The notes under the pieces: generated by a model | What the model saw: only the letters and a program-made list of their open reading frames with translations | The model's database searches: none | What the model was told of the DNA's origin: nothing | Assembly: GCA_043228905.1 (NCBI GenBank) | Contig: JBHGNT010000014.1 | Location: forward strand, 3,782,001 to 3,846,000 | Source of the DNA: Azolla caroliniana | Taxonomy: Eukaryota; Plantae; Polypodiophyta | DNA: 64,000 nt | Reading direction: 5' to 3' | Program-made: the position numbers and the translations under genes | Shown here: positions 49,601 to 60,884 of the stretch, piece after piece | Position numbering within the stretch: position 1 is the first letter of the stretch | Layout: each line of letters begins with the position of its first letter

Positions 49601-50861
49601 AACATCGACTACGACCATGGAAGATTGAAGAAGGAGATTGGGTGATTGTCTATGAAAATAGTCTGGATCATCAACATACAACGATACGGAAGTTCACGAA
49701 AAGGTGGTTCGGGCCATACGAGGTTCGGAAATTTTTCGACAACGGAACTTACCGACTATTTGAGTTGGATGGGACGATGCTACAAGTGCCTATAGCGGGG
49801 AAACTGGTAAAGATCTTAAAGAAGTGGACTGATGATGAACCCTATGTAACCCTAGACGAGACCGACAACGAGGAGCAACCAGACAAAGATCGCGGTGATG
49901 CGGGAAGCGAAGAAAGTGGTCTACAATTGATGTTTGATATAAGGGAGGAATTGGGTAGTGCGACGGATGAACACAAACAACAAGCATCGGGAACTTCGGC
50001 ACATACCAGAGGATGTGCGGGTTTGGAGGGGGCGAGTGTCATAGTGTAATTCGCACACTACGTGAAAATTGCATTTTTGTCCCTCTGGATGGAATTGGTA
50101 AGGAGGAACCGATGAGAACCGGATGAAGGATGGAATCGGTAAGGAGGAACCGATGAGAACCGGATGAAGGATGGAATCGGCAAGGAGGAACCGGTAAGGA
50201 GACCCGGTAAGAACCGGATCAAGCAAAACCGGCAAGAGCCGGATAAAGAAGGCCGGTGAGAGTCTCTCACCGGATGAAGAGACAAATTTGTAAATAGAAG
50301 AAAAGATTGTTACATGCATAGGACAGGATTCGAACCCTGTACCTCCATGTTAACGATGTTTAAGCCTTACCACTATACTAGCATATTATGAATTTTAAAG
50401 TTATACTAAACTTTATCCCATGTAAATATTCTAGATATGCATGGTACAAAAAGTTATTCATGCATACACACTTGAGTTAAAGAAAAGATGGATAGAAAGG
50501 TAATCATGCACATGCAGTGTGCATGAAAACTAAAGTTAGGAAAAGCATGACGCTTGCATGTGATAAACTTAGACTCTTCCAACACTATATAAGGAAGAGA
50601 GAAAGATGTATATGTTGTTGAATTTTTATAAGGTTTGAATGATATAAAATAATCGTGGGCTTCACGGTTTTGCCATCTATTTCTCTCTTACAATCTAAGT
50701 ATCAATTAATACACTATACTCGTGGGATTCACGAGTTTCATATCTTCTTCTTGCAAGCTCTTCCTAACTAACATTATCTCATATTCTTCTTTCTCCTAGT
50801 AAAAACCCCCAGTGGTTCCCACCCGACTCACGCAAACGATCCGGCGCCAAAAGGCACGACA
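43630..50861 (+). mobile_element. Decayed full-length non-chromovirus Ty3/gypsy element H (LTRs 43630-44374 and 50037-50861), tRNA-Trp primed
   Basis: TGTCG...CGACA outer termini. 4-bp TSD ACGT. PBS tggtgaacccgacgtgaa at 44379-44396. PPT ggagggggcgag. The 3' LTR has two extra 41-bp units. Confidence 0.92.
44392..50049 (+). pseudogene. Disrupted gag-pol of H
   Basis: Protease ALIDHG, RT (NRWFTVPKKNGSLRFIQDL), RNase H (VDTGP, ETDC) and integrase 48970-50049 (NGKIERGH, GPY), with many stops. Confidence 0.88.
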
Positions 50862-53800
50862 ACGTAAAATATCGGTGTCTCTGCGTATTTACGTTTTTTT
50901 GTCAGTGTACTAATTCTTGTTTTCTACACACGAATACGAATGTGAAACCGGTTCTGGCCAGTCAATTCCTAACAGTATTTGGCATGGCCGTTTAGGTCAC
51001 ATGTCTCGTACTGGAATGGAAACTTTATCACGTTTTGGCTATTTACCTATGTTATCATTTTCAAATTTTTTAGTTTGTGAGCATTGTCAATATGGTAAAC
51101 AAACTAGAAGTATGCATCAGAATATTAATTCTGATTCATCTACCCAACCCTTGGATTTGGTTCATACTGATGTATTTGGTCCCATGCTTACTAGATCATT
51201 GGGTGGAGCTCTGTATTTGGTTACATTTATTGATGATGCCACTAGAAAGGTTTGGGTGTATCCCATAAAATAAAAGGGCGATGTATACTCTACTTTCAGA
51301 AAATGGCTTGCCTCGGTGGAGACTAAAAAGGGTATAAAGCTTAAGGCTTTACGTTTTGATAATGGAGGTGAGTATACCTCTAGAGGCATACGTAGAGAGT
51401 TTACTTCCCCTTACACTCTAGTACAAAATGGTGTGGCAGAAAGGATGAATAGAACCATCTAGGACATAGTTGTTTCCATGTTGCATCATGCAAATCTACC
51501 ACAAGGTTTTTGGGCTGAAGCAGTTCGGACTGCAGTTCATGTGATAAATCTATCACCTAGTACTGCCAAAGGCTTGAAAGTGGCGCAAGGGTTGTGGATA
51601 AGAAAAACCCCAAACTATGATCATCTTAGGGTATTTGGATGTGAAGCATATGTTCATGTTCCAAAACAATTAAGGCAGAAATTGGATTTCAAAAGCAAAA
51701 AATGTATTTTTCTTGGCTATGGAATAGATGGTTAGTTTGGATATCGCTTATGGGACCTTGAAATGCACACTATAGTCAAAAGTAGTGATGTTATTTTCAA
51801 TGAAAAGATTATGCATAGGCAACCAATAAAGGAAGTGGAAGTGAGGAAAGTGGTGTTTCAAGATGTTACACCCTCTATTAGTGTGCAAAAGAATAACTCC
51901 ACACCTATGCCGAATAGTCCTACAAATGTTCACCCATATGAGGATGTTCAAAATGAGGATGCATGTGTACAACTTGAAAATAGTTTGACTCCAGTTCAGC
52001 AACCAGTGCAACGATCTACTCGTGTCTTTAGGCCACCTGCTAAACTCACGGACTATGTGATGTTAACGGATGGAGGTGAACCCTCTTGTTATAAAGAAGC
52101 TATGTTGGCTAGTGATCATGTTGAGTGGGAGCATGCCATGCAAAGTGAATTGGATAGTATTTATAAGAATGGTACTTGGGATTTAGTACCTTTGCCAAAG
52201 GACAGGAAAGCATTACCATGCAAGTGGGTATACAAGTACAAGTATACGTTTGATAGTGTTTCCCCAAAGTATAAAGCACGCTTGGTAGCCAAAGGTTTCA
52301 AGCAAGTACATGGAGTTAATTTTGATGAAAACTTCTCTCCTGTAGTTAAGATGACTACATTATGTATTTTACTTTCATTGGCTGCATATCAGGATTTGGA
52401 ATTAGTCCAAATGGATGTGAAGACTGCCTTTTTACATGGGAACCTTGATGAGGATATTTATATGGAACAACCAGAAGGTCATGAAGTCTCGGGCAAAGAA
52501 CATTTGGTATGTAAACTCAAGAAGAGCTTGTATGGGCTTAAGCAGTCCCCAAGATTGTGGTACCAAAAGTTTGATGCTTTTATGAAGACTTAGTGCTGCA
52601 CTAGAAGCAATGGGGATCCTTGCCTTTATACGAAAAAATGTTCAGGTGAGAGTTCCATTATGTTGATACTCCATGTTGATGATATGTTTATCGTTGGTAA
52701 AAACAAGGATGAGTTATACTTTTTGAAGAAAAACTTGAGCTAGATTTTTGACATGAAGGATTTGGGAGACACAAAACATATTCTTGGTATGCATATGACG
52801 ATGCATTTACTTGTCTCAGGTTGAGTACATATCCAAGGTACTCAAGATATTTAATATGGAAAATGCAAAGCCGTTGAGCACTCCATTGCCTACATATGTA
52901 AAGCGGAGCACATGTGATAGCCCCACATCTGATGAGGACATGGAATTTATGACCAAGGTTCCTTATCAATCCGTAGTTGGGAGTCTTATGTACGCCATGG
53001 TGGCTACAAGACTAGACATTGCATTTGTAGTGGGAGTAATAAGTCGATTCATGTCAAATCCTGTTAAGAAACATTGGGATGCAGTCAAGTTGATTTTGAG
53101 ATATCTGAGTGGCACTAAGGATAAGTGCCTTTGTTTAGGTAAAGGGGACACCTCTATCATCGGATACATAGATTCAGATTATGCTAGATGTGTTGATAGT
53201 AGGAAATCTACTTCAGGGTACATTTTTCAAATTATGGGAGGTGCTATTGCTTGGAGATCCTGTCTTCAAGAATGTGTCGCATTGTCAACTACAAAGGCTG
53301 AGTATGTTGCAACCAGTGAGGCATGTAAGGAAGCAATTTGGCTGTCTTGATTAGCTAGTGACATGGGTATACCGCAACATGTACCCAAACTGTTTTGTGA
53401 TAGTCATAGTGGCATTGCTTTGGCTAAGAATCTGGTATATCATGCGAAGATCCAACATATTGGAGTGCGATATCATTTCATTCGGGAATGCGTAGCTAAT
53501 GGTTGCATTACCTCGCGAAAATGCCGCAGATGCATTAACCAAGGCCTTACCACAAGATGCGTTGGAGCATTGTCGTCACTTGATGGGAATTACTTAGTGC
53601 CTTACATTACACACTTGTCGTGTATATTGTGTAACATGCCCATCAGGTGGGAGGTATAGGTCTAGGTTTTGTATAACTCAACCTTCCATTATTTGTACTC
53701 CTAGTTTAGGTCTTTTGGTGGAAGATCGTTATACATGTATCCCTCATACATGCTAAGTGTGAAAAGGCCAAAACTGGTCTTCCACTTAGTAGTGTGTGGG

Positions 53801-54385
53801 GAGAGAGTTTGGTGTGTGAGTGAGTGAGTGAGTGAGAGAGGAAGAATGGACAATGAGCAGAATTGCCACCTTCTTCCTCCCTGTTGCTTTCCCCTCTCTT
53901 TGTTGCAGTGATCCATTGTCTTTCCTCTTTGTTGTAACCTCCACCCTCCTACTGTATAGAGTGTTGTTTATTCTATCCTATTGTTGCTTGCCCCCTGTTT
54001 TTGCAGTGCACACACAACTCGCCAAGGACCACATCTCCTTCTTCATCCTTTGTTGTCCTTGCATTACAATTCGGAGCAGAACAGAACAATTCTCTCTTGG
54101 CTCTCTGCTCTATCAATTTATAACATTCCTTCATTCCTTCATTCTTTTGTCTTCCTTATTCCTTCTTCTTCTTGTAATTATTTCTAGCCGGAAGGTTGGG
54201 AATCGTTGATGGTGGAGGTAATGGGATCTTCCAACCAAGAGGAGGTTCCAATACTACTATGATCGATTCTTGACATCTGATGGAAATGGTAATAGATTTT
54301 GCACACAATGTCTTCTTCTCCTTCTAGCTTCAATGTGTAATTTGTAGACTTCTTGTCAAAGGGGGTTAGGACGTAGGACGTAGGG

Positions 54386-55330
54386 CATGCCACATCAACC
54401 AGTATTGCCATTAGAACCATTCCAGAAATGGGGTCTCGACTTTGTCATGCCATTCAAACCGGTAGCGGCAAGGACCGGAAATAGATATATCATAGTCGTC
54501 ACCGACTATTGCACAAAATGGGTCGAAGTCAAAGCCCTTTGTGATAATACATATGGTTCTGTACGAATACATATGGTGTAGATTCGGTTGCCCGATTGAG
54601 TTAGTAAGTGATCAGGATACTCACTTTGTTAATAAAATTGTTCATGAATTATCAGACTGTTATGCAGTGGTGCATAAAAGGAGTACACCTTACTACCCAC
54701 AAGCTAACGGGTTAGCCGAATCAACAAATATAACACTACAAATGATTCTGAGGAATATAGTCAATGAAAATTGCATCGACTGGGATCAGAAGCTGCATAG
54801 TGCTTTATGGGCTTACTGCACAACATATAAAACAATGATCAAGTCGACCCCATTTCGAATGTCATTCGGATTAGAGGCACTCATGTCGGTTGAATTTCAG
54901 ATTCCGACACTGCGGGTACAAGTTACCGAACGACTCGTTGAAGAGTAGTCGGAATAGATTGGAAGGAACAACTATTGTTGCTGGAAGAGAGTCGACTACA
55001 AGCAATGTGTCAATTGGAGCAAAAGTAGAGAATAACTAAGGCATTCATCGATTGGCACCGACATAATAAGGAGAAGTTGTTCGAAGTCGGTAAGCCAGTT
55101 TTAGTCTTTCAAACCAAAATGGGTGCTATGTTAGGGAAACTGAGATTCCAGTGGATGGGACTATATTGGATAGTTGACAACAACAACGATACTTATCAAG
55201 TCAGAATGCTACCTGGAGAAGTGGTACCTAAGTGGGCCAATGGGTTTTGACTCAAGCCATATCGGGGATCGACCTTGACAAACCCATTTCAACACGACAC
55301 TAAAACAGGCAGTCTGCCGACTACCTCATG
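54386..55330 (+). pseudogene. Gypsy integrase fragment closely related to the element J integrase
   Basis: [32 protein letters not shown]; collinear with 62366-63397. Confidence 0.85.
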
Positions 55331-55538
55331 AAAGTCGGCGATAGGACACAATTGTAAATATTATTTGAAAAATAAATAAATAAATAAATAAATAAATATT
55401 CAAATCTTGGCTGAAACAAACATAACAGAAAAATCAATCAAGGAGAAGGTGACTACATAAGCACCTTCTCCTCCTCTTTGTAAGCATGGGTGATCTTATT
55501 CTCTTGTTAATACAGTTTTTTGGTTTAAATTTCTGTAT

Positions 55539-55541
<3 letters not shown>

Positions 55542-55576
<35 letters not shown>
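55542..55576. repeat. (CT)n microsatellite abutting the 5' end of LINE-3
   Basis: Direct reading. Confidence 0.95.
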
Positions 55577-55577
<1 letters not shown>

Positions 55578-56488
55578 ATGTAAACAACTATCGAACCATG
55601 ATGGTTGGCTCATTAATGGCAAATTTATTTGGATGTATAATGGAATCAAAGATAAGTGTATGGGCAGAAAAAAATGTTAAGAGAGCTTATGGACAAGCCG
55701 GTTTTCGAAAACACCATAGCACCATTGATCATCTTGTCACTCTTTCGAGTATTAATGGAGGAAAGTCGCCTTAAAGGTAAAGGTTTATATTGTTGCTTTG
55801 TAGACTTCAAGAAAGCTTTTGATATGGTACCTTGTGAGCATCTTTGGAGGCGGATGGAAGAACTTGAGGTGCCCAGTGAATATATGCTTGCAATTTCCCG
55901 AATATATGAAAAGGTTATATGTTGTGTGCGTATGAGAGATAGACTTTCAAATTTTTTCAATAGCACTATTGGTGTTAAGCAAGGATGCCCACTCTCACCA
56001 ACATTATTTGGTATATGCATTGATGAATTAGAAGAAATATTTACCAAGTTTGTAAAGGAAGAACGTGTTGAAGAAGTTTCCATTGGGAATGTTGTGATTA
56101 TGCTTTTGTTATATGCGGATGATGTAGTGCTTTTTGCAAATGCTTCAAGAGATGCACAAAAGCTTATGAAGGCATTGGAAAAATTTTGCGTGCATACTAG
56201 AGTAAGTGACAATAGCTCTAAACCAAAGATTATGCTTGTGAAGAGTCAAAAAAGAGATAAACCATGCATTATGTACAACAATGAGCCACTTGAATGTGTG
56301 GAAAGCTTCAAATATCTTGGCCTTGAAGTTCCTTCAAATCATAAATGGAATGAGGGTGCTACAAGCCGCTTAGAGGCGGGTAAGTGAGCATATTATGCAT
56401 TTGAGAACACATCCAATGTTGGAGATATTAAGTGTTGGGTCCTCAAGAAATATCTTTTTGACACTTTGGTGACCCCGGTTCTTCTCTA
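55577..56488 (+). mobile_element. 5'-truncated LINE-3 (same family as LINE-1), cut by element I
   Basis: RT with GVKQGCPLSPTLF and LYADD, highly similar to 21278-22455. Confidence 0.9.
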
Positions 56489-58714
56489 TGTTACCGTATG
56501 AGACGTACATGTGATTGATAAGTGTGGGTGAACGATGTAATGTATGTGTAATCTTTTACGATTATGAGTGTGAATGTAAGTGTGAGTGTGGTGGATACAA
56601 AGAGGTGTGAGTGAGTGACTAGGTGTGAATGCCCAAGGGGCTTGCACCCTTGTGGATCTACCCCTTTGTACCTATTTAACCCCTTATGGGGAATGAATGA
56701 ATACAATAACCATTTCTCTCTCTCTCTCTCTCTCCCCTAACGTTGAACCCCCTTGGGAGGGGGCTGGAGCCATTCTAGGCACCACCCCCCACCCCGCAAT
56801 GCTTCTCAATGCTTGTCTTGCATCTTCATGATCTCTAACCATTATACCATTCATCATCTCCACCATTACACCATGTCTATCTTCATCATCAAGCATCATC
56901 ATTATCATTCTCATTAACCCTAACCCTAAAAACCTACAACACCTTTTCACAACCACTAAGGTGACCCCCCTTTGGAGACGGAGTCGAAGAATGATACGCG
57001 ACGAAGAATGATGCAACCCTCATCAGCGCGAAATCGAATCGACAATGTGCGAGAATTGGTGGAAGTGTAAGAAAGAACGATGGCGTGATGACTATTCACT
57101 GCAGAAGTATGCAAGAAAAGCGACAAATGATGGCAATGATATGCGGGAACTGACAATATGTACAAGTGAGTGAGAAATTGAAGATTGACAATGTCTTCAT
57201 CACAAAGCGGGGAATCAATGAATCGACAAGGAAGTGTTAAGCATCCCTAATCCATGTTTAGTCATAAGCAGAGACAAATATATCCTCTGATGTGTGTTAA
57301 AGTAGAGACAAATATGTCCACAGTTTACAAGTTAAAGCACACATGTGTCTCCTAATCACCATTTCAATCATCATCACCATATCCACCTAGATCATTCTTA
57401 AAGAAGATGGAGAAGATGACGATGATCATGATGAAGGCAAATATGAACATGAAATGGTGTGTGGTTTGTGGAATCATGTGAAACTCTACCAAGATCATAG
57501 ACATGAAATATCTTTATATGAAAACCATGGATCATTCGGTGTACTAGGAATCATGAGAATTATCGTCAAAATCACATATCTGAGGTAGAAAATGGCTCAG
57601 AATAAAAGATTGGAAAGTACGAGACAAGAAGGCAGAATGGATCGAGAAATGAAGACAACGATGGAAAACGCAAATGGAGTGACGACCAACAACAACGACG
57701 ACGGTGACAGAAACAGAGACACGAAATGGACAACTGAATAGGGATGAATGGAAACCCTAGCCACACCAACTGAGAGCAATGGAGAAGGAAAAGGAACAAA
57801 GATATAGAGAAGGAAGCAGAAAATTAGAAGAAATGAAGAAAGAAAACGCAAGAAGAAGAAGAAGAAGAAGGAAGGAATCGGAGGAGACAAACAGATAGAA
57901 AGGAGGGAAACGACAGAAGCAAGAGAAAAAGAAGAAAACAAGAAAAGAAATAAGAGGGAAAAAGAGAATGAGGGCATCGGAAGATTTCATAAACATAAGG
58001 GTACATAATTAAAATTTTAAAAATCAAAGGGCACCTATGGAATTTCAAAAACCCATGAACCTAAAAGAAATGGACGCGATTCACACACAATTCACAAGAT
58101 ACAAAGAAGAACACACATACACATAACGTCTTTTTGACGACCCGAATGATGTTACCAAAGTTTGTGAGCCGACAGAACGAGAATGTTCGTGTCGATGAAG
58201 TTGCTGACCGAAGGAGATGTTCGAGTCAAGCGCCCCGATCGAGGGAGTCGATCGTTGATATTACCGAAGTTCGTGAACGACAGAACAAGAATGTTCATGT
58301 CGATGAAGATTCGCTGACCGACAAAGAGGTTCGAGTCAAGCGCTCCGATTGAGGGAGTCGATCGTTGAGAGGATCGATGGAAGTTCCGGTCGAAGAAAGA
58401 TTATGATCAAGGCATGTGGGATCGACGTGCAAGGCACTCTCCCACGGACGTGCCATATTGTGTTACCGTACGAGATGTACGTGTGATTGATAAGTGAGGG
58501 TGAACGATGTAATGTATGTGTAATCTTATACGATTATGAGTGTGAATGTAAGTGTGATTGTGGTGGATACAAAGAGATGTGAGTGAGTGACTAGGTGTGA
58601 ATGCCCAAGGGGCTTGCACCCTTGTGGATCTACCCCTTTGTACCTATTTAACCTTATGGGGAATGAATGAATACAATAACCATTTCTCTCTCTCTCTCTC
58701 TCTCTCTCTTTGAC

Positions 58715-58745
<31 letters not shown>

Positions 58746-58770
58746 CCCTAACATTGAACCTCCTTGGGAG
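56489..58770. mobile_element. Non-autonomous LTR element I (LTR 56489-~56781; second LTR 58461-58770, interrupted by J)
   Basis: Direct repeats begin tgttaccgta. A minus-strand tRNA-Arg-type PBS lies at 58439-58455 and a minus-strand G-tract at 56782-56795. The interior is degenerate, with no pol motifs. Confidence 0.8.
58152..58368. repeat. Two ~109-bp tandem units inside element I
   Basis: gacagaac.agaatgttc.tgtcgatgaag...gagggagtcgatcgttga occurs twice. Confidence 0.85.
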
Positions 58771-59241
58771 TGTTATTCGCTGGCCGGACAAGGCCTAACA
58801 CAAGGTGTCACGGAGACACTTCACCAAAGGGTGATTACGGCATAGGATTAAGATTCAACGATTACACCGACTTACGTAGGTTACACGATTAGAATGCTTT
58901 GGTTAATTACACGCGTAAGATATAACAGTAATTACAGAACGGAAATCAAGACAGAAGTATAAACACCATAAGCTCTATTAATTATCCGCTGTGATTACAA
59001 TGGGGTCCGGCCTTTTAAATAGGTTTCCGGCCCGTAGTACAAAACGGTGCCTATCGCACCTATTCGGGATCCGTCCGGATCTGAAACGGCATACCGTTTC
59101 CAGTCCGTCCGTCCACACTATGCTCATTTACAACCATATTTAATTAATTCCTTCACTCCGTATTTTGGACTCCTTGCCGGCCGGTAACACATGGCACGCC
59201 CGTGGGACAGTACCTTGTACGTCGAACCCTTCTTGGCCCCT

Positions 59242-60840
59242 TCATTGTTCACCCAAATTGTCCAAAATACTTTGTTCCAGAATTTCCACTTGTTCTTCCG
59301 GTTGTGGTTGTTGCGGCTGTGCTTGCTGCTGCTGTGGTTGCGGTTGGGACTGAGGCTGCTCCGGCTGCTCTATAGGCGGCTGCTCCGTTTGTTTCTCTGA
59401 CTCCGGCATCTCCGTTTGACTGCTTCCGGTCCGGTCTCCTTCCAGTAACGGTTCCTCATCACTGAGGTTGACCGTAACCGGTTCTCGTGCTTTCTCTTCC
59501 CGGATCCGGGACCTCTCGTAGCTTTCAAACTGGATCTGCGCCTCCAGCCTATCGTCGTCCAGCTGAGCTACAAGTTGCCGGACTTGCCCTAGTTGGTCCT
59601 CTGCCAAGGCTTGAAAGTCTTCGGCCATCTCATCTCTTATGCCGGTGAAGTCTTCGGAAGTCAGCATATAGCAATCATCTCCCTCCTTCCGCCGGTTCTC
59701 TACGTCGGCCCGGAGCAATTGGAGTTCCGTCGCGTTCGTGGCCCACTTGGTCCACCATTTGACGGAGCCGTTGTCAATCAAGCTCTTGGTCTGGTTCAAC
59801 CAGGCCCGCATGATATCCTGGATGCGACTTGCTCCCATTTGCGCTCTACTTTCCACCACTTGTCGCTCCTCCTTCAACTGCTTGATGAGATTCGCCGTAT
59901 CCTCCGCCTGCTCTCTGTAGCGTGTCAGCTGCCCTTGATATGTTGTCTGCAGCCTCTGCAGTACCTCCGCCGCTCTTTCTTTTTCCGCCTGCTGTTGCCT
60001 GAGGAGCTCTGTCTGAACCTTCTCCGCCTCTTCCAACCGTCTTCTGGTTTCCGCTTGTTCATTAGCGTATGCCGTTGCGGTCCGATCAACTGCTTGCCGG
60101 AGCTCATCCATCCGTTCCTTGTGCTCCGTTTGCAACCGTTTATACTCCCGGTGCAAGTGCTCAAATTCCTCCGTTTTTTGTTTGAGCTTGCCGTTGATCT
60201 GGCGATGGTTCCGGTCCTCCCGGTCCTTTACCTGCCGGAGTTCCTCTTTCAGGCGCTCTACTTCTGTTTCGGCGTTTCTCCGGAGTCTGTCCTTCTCTTG
60301 CAGCATTTTCTCCTTTTCCTCCTTGAGCCGGTCGTACGCTTGGTGGCCTTTCCGTAAGCTCTCCTCAGCCCGGCGTAGATTCTCAGCAGTCTTTTTGAGT
60401 TCTACCTCCGCTGCCGTCTTCAACTCTCTTTCACGGCTCCTCAGCGCTTCTTGGGCAGCTAGCTCATCCTTTAACTCCGCAAGCTCTTGGGCTTGTGCTG
60501 CATTTCTCTCCGGAACGGTTTCCGTTGCCGGGGTCTGATTGCTATGTACAGGTTGATCTGACGCTTTATTCTGTACATTGCCCGGAGTCACCGGTGCTTG
60601 GACTTGTGTTGTCAAACCCAATTGAGCCATTTCCCTTGTGACCCTGTCCAAGTCTTGTTCAAGGCTCCGGATTCTGGACCGGGCCGTCTCTAGATCTACG
60701 GTTGTGACGAGCAACCGTTCGTGGTGCGCTCTCTCCTCCGCCTCTATGTATTCGACCGCTCCGGCGATCTGCTCGCCTACCCACCGTAGCGACATGCTAC
60801 TGGTGCCTTGCTGCTGTACTGGTCGGGTCGGCTCGTTCAC
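59242..60840 (-). CDS. Accessory ORF of J, C-terminal part (long coiled coil, Q/P-rich tail)
   Basis: 532-aa E/R/K/Q-rich helical ORF ending 33 bp from the PBS. Confidence 0.7.
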   Translation of the reverse strand: MNEPTRPVQQQGTSSMSLRWVGEQIAGAVEYIEAEERAHHERLLVTTVDLETARSRIRSLEQDLDRVTREMAQLGLTTQVQAPVTPGNVQNKASDQPVHSNQTPATETVPERNAAQAQELAELKDELAAQEALRSRERELKTAAEVELKKTAENLRRAEESLRKGHQAYDRLKEEKEKMLQEKDRLRRNAETEVERLKEELRQVKDREDRNHRQINGKLKQKTEEFEHLHREYKRLQTEHKERMDELRQAVDRTATAYANEQAETRRRLEEAEKVQTELLRQQQAEKERAAEVLQRLQTTYQGQLTRYREQAEDTANLIKQLKEERQVVESRAQMGASRIQDIMRAWLNQTKSLIDNGSVKWWTKWATNATELQLLRADVENRRKEGDDCYMLTSEDFTGIRDEMAEDFQALAEDQLGQVRQLVAQLDDDRLEAQIQFESYERSRIREEKAREPVTVNLSDEEPLLEGDRTGSSQTEMPESEKQTEQPPIEQPEQPQSQPQPQQQQAQPQQPQPEEQVEILEQSILDNLGEQ

Positions 60841-60884
60841 TGTGGAATTGTCTGGCCTGAGTGCCTGTATCTGCCGTTCTGGTT

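Larger units (their letters stand above)
43204..50974 (+). mobile_element. Solo LTR G (copia, E-related; ~43204-43629 plus 50862-50974), split by element H
   Basis: It begins ttggga..gtccctccggatggga and ends gtcaattcctaaca, like the E LTR. The left junction and TSD are not clean. Confidence 0.7.
24487..54124 (+). mobile_element. Old Ty1/copia element C, host of four nested insertions (5' LTR remnant 24487-24548; 3' LTR ~53655-54124)
   Basis: Shared LTR end gagcagaacagaacaattctctc...tttataaca. PBS tggtatcagagc at 24550. gag at 25147-25534, 30779-30851 and 36476-36936 (CHYCHKKGHIKKDC). PR at 42707-43200. IN-RT-RH at 50975-53600. PPT aggtgggagg at 53645. Confidence 0.85.

Noticed and set aside
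57572-58048. Hydrophobic F/L/S-rich ORFs as membrane or env proteins
   Set aside because: They are the reverse complement of a GAA-rich low-complexity tract in element I.
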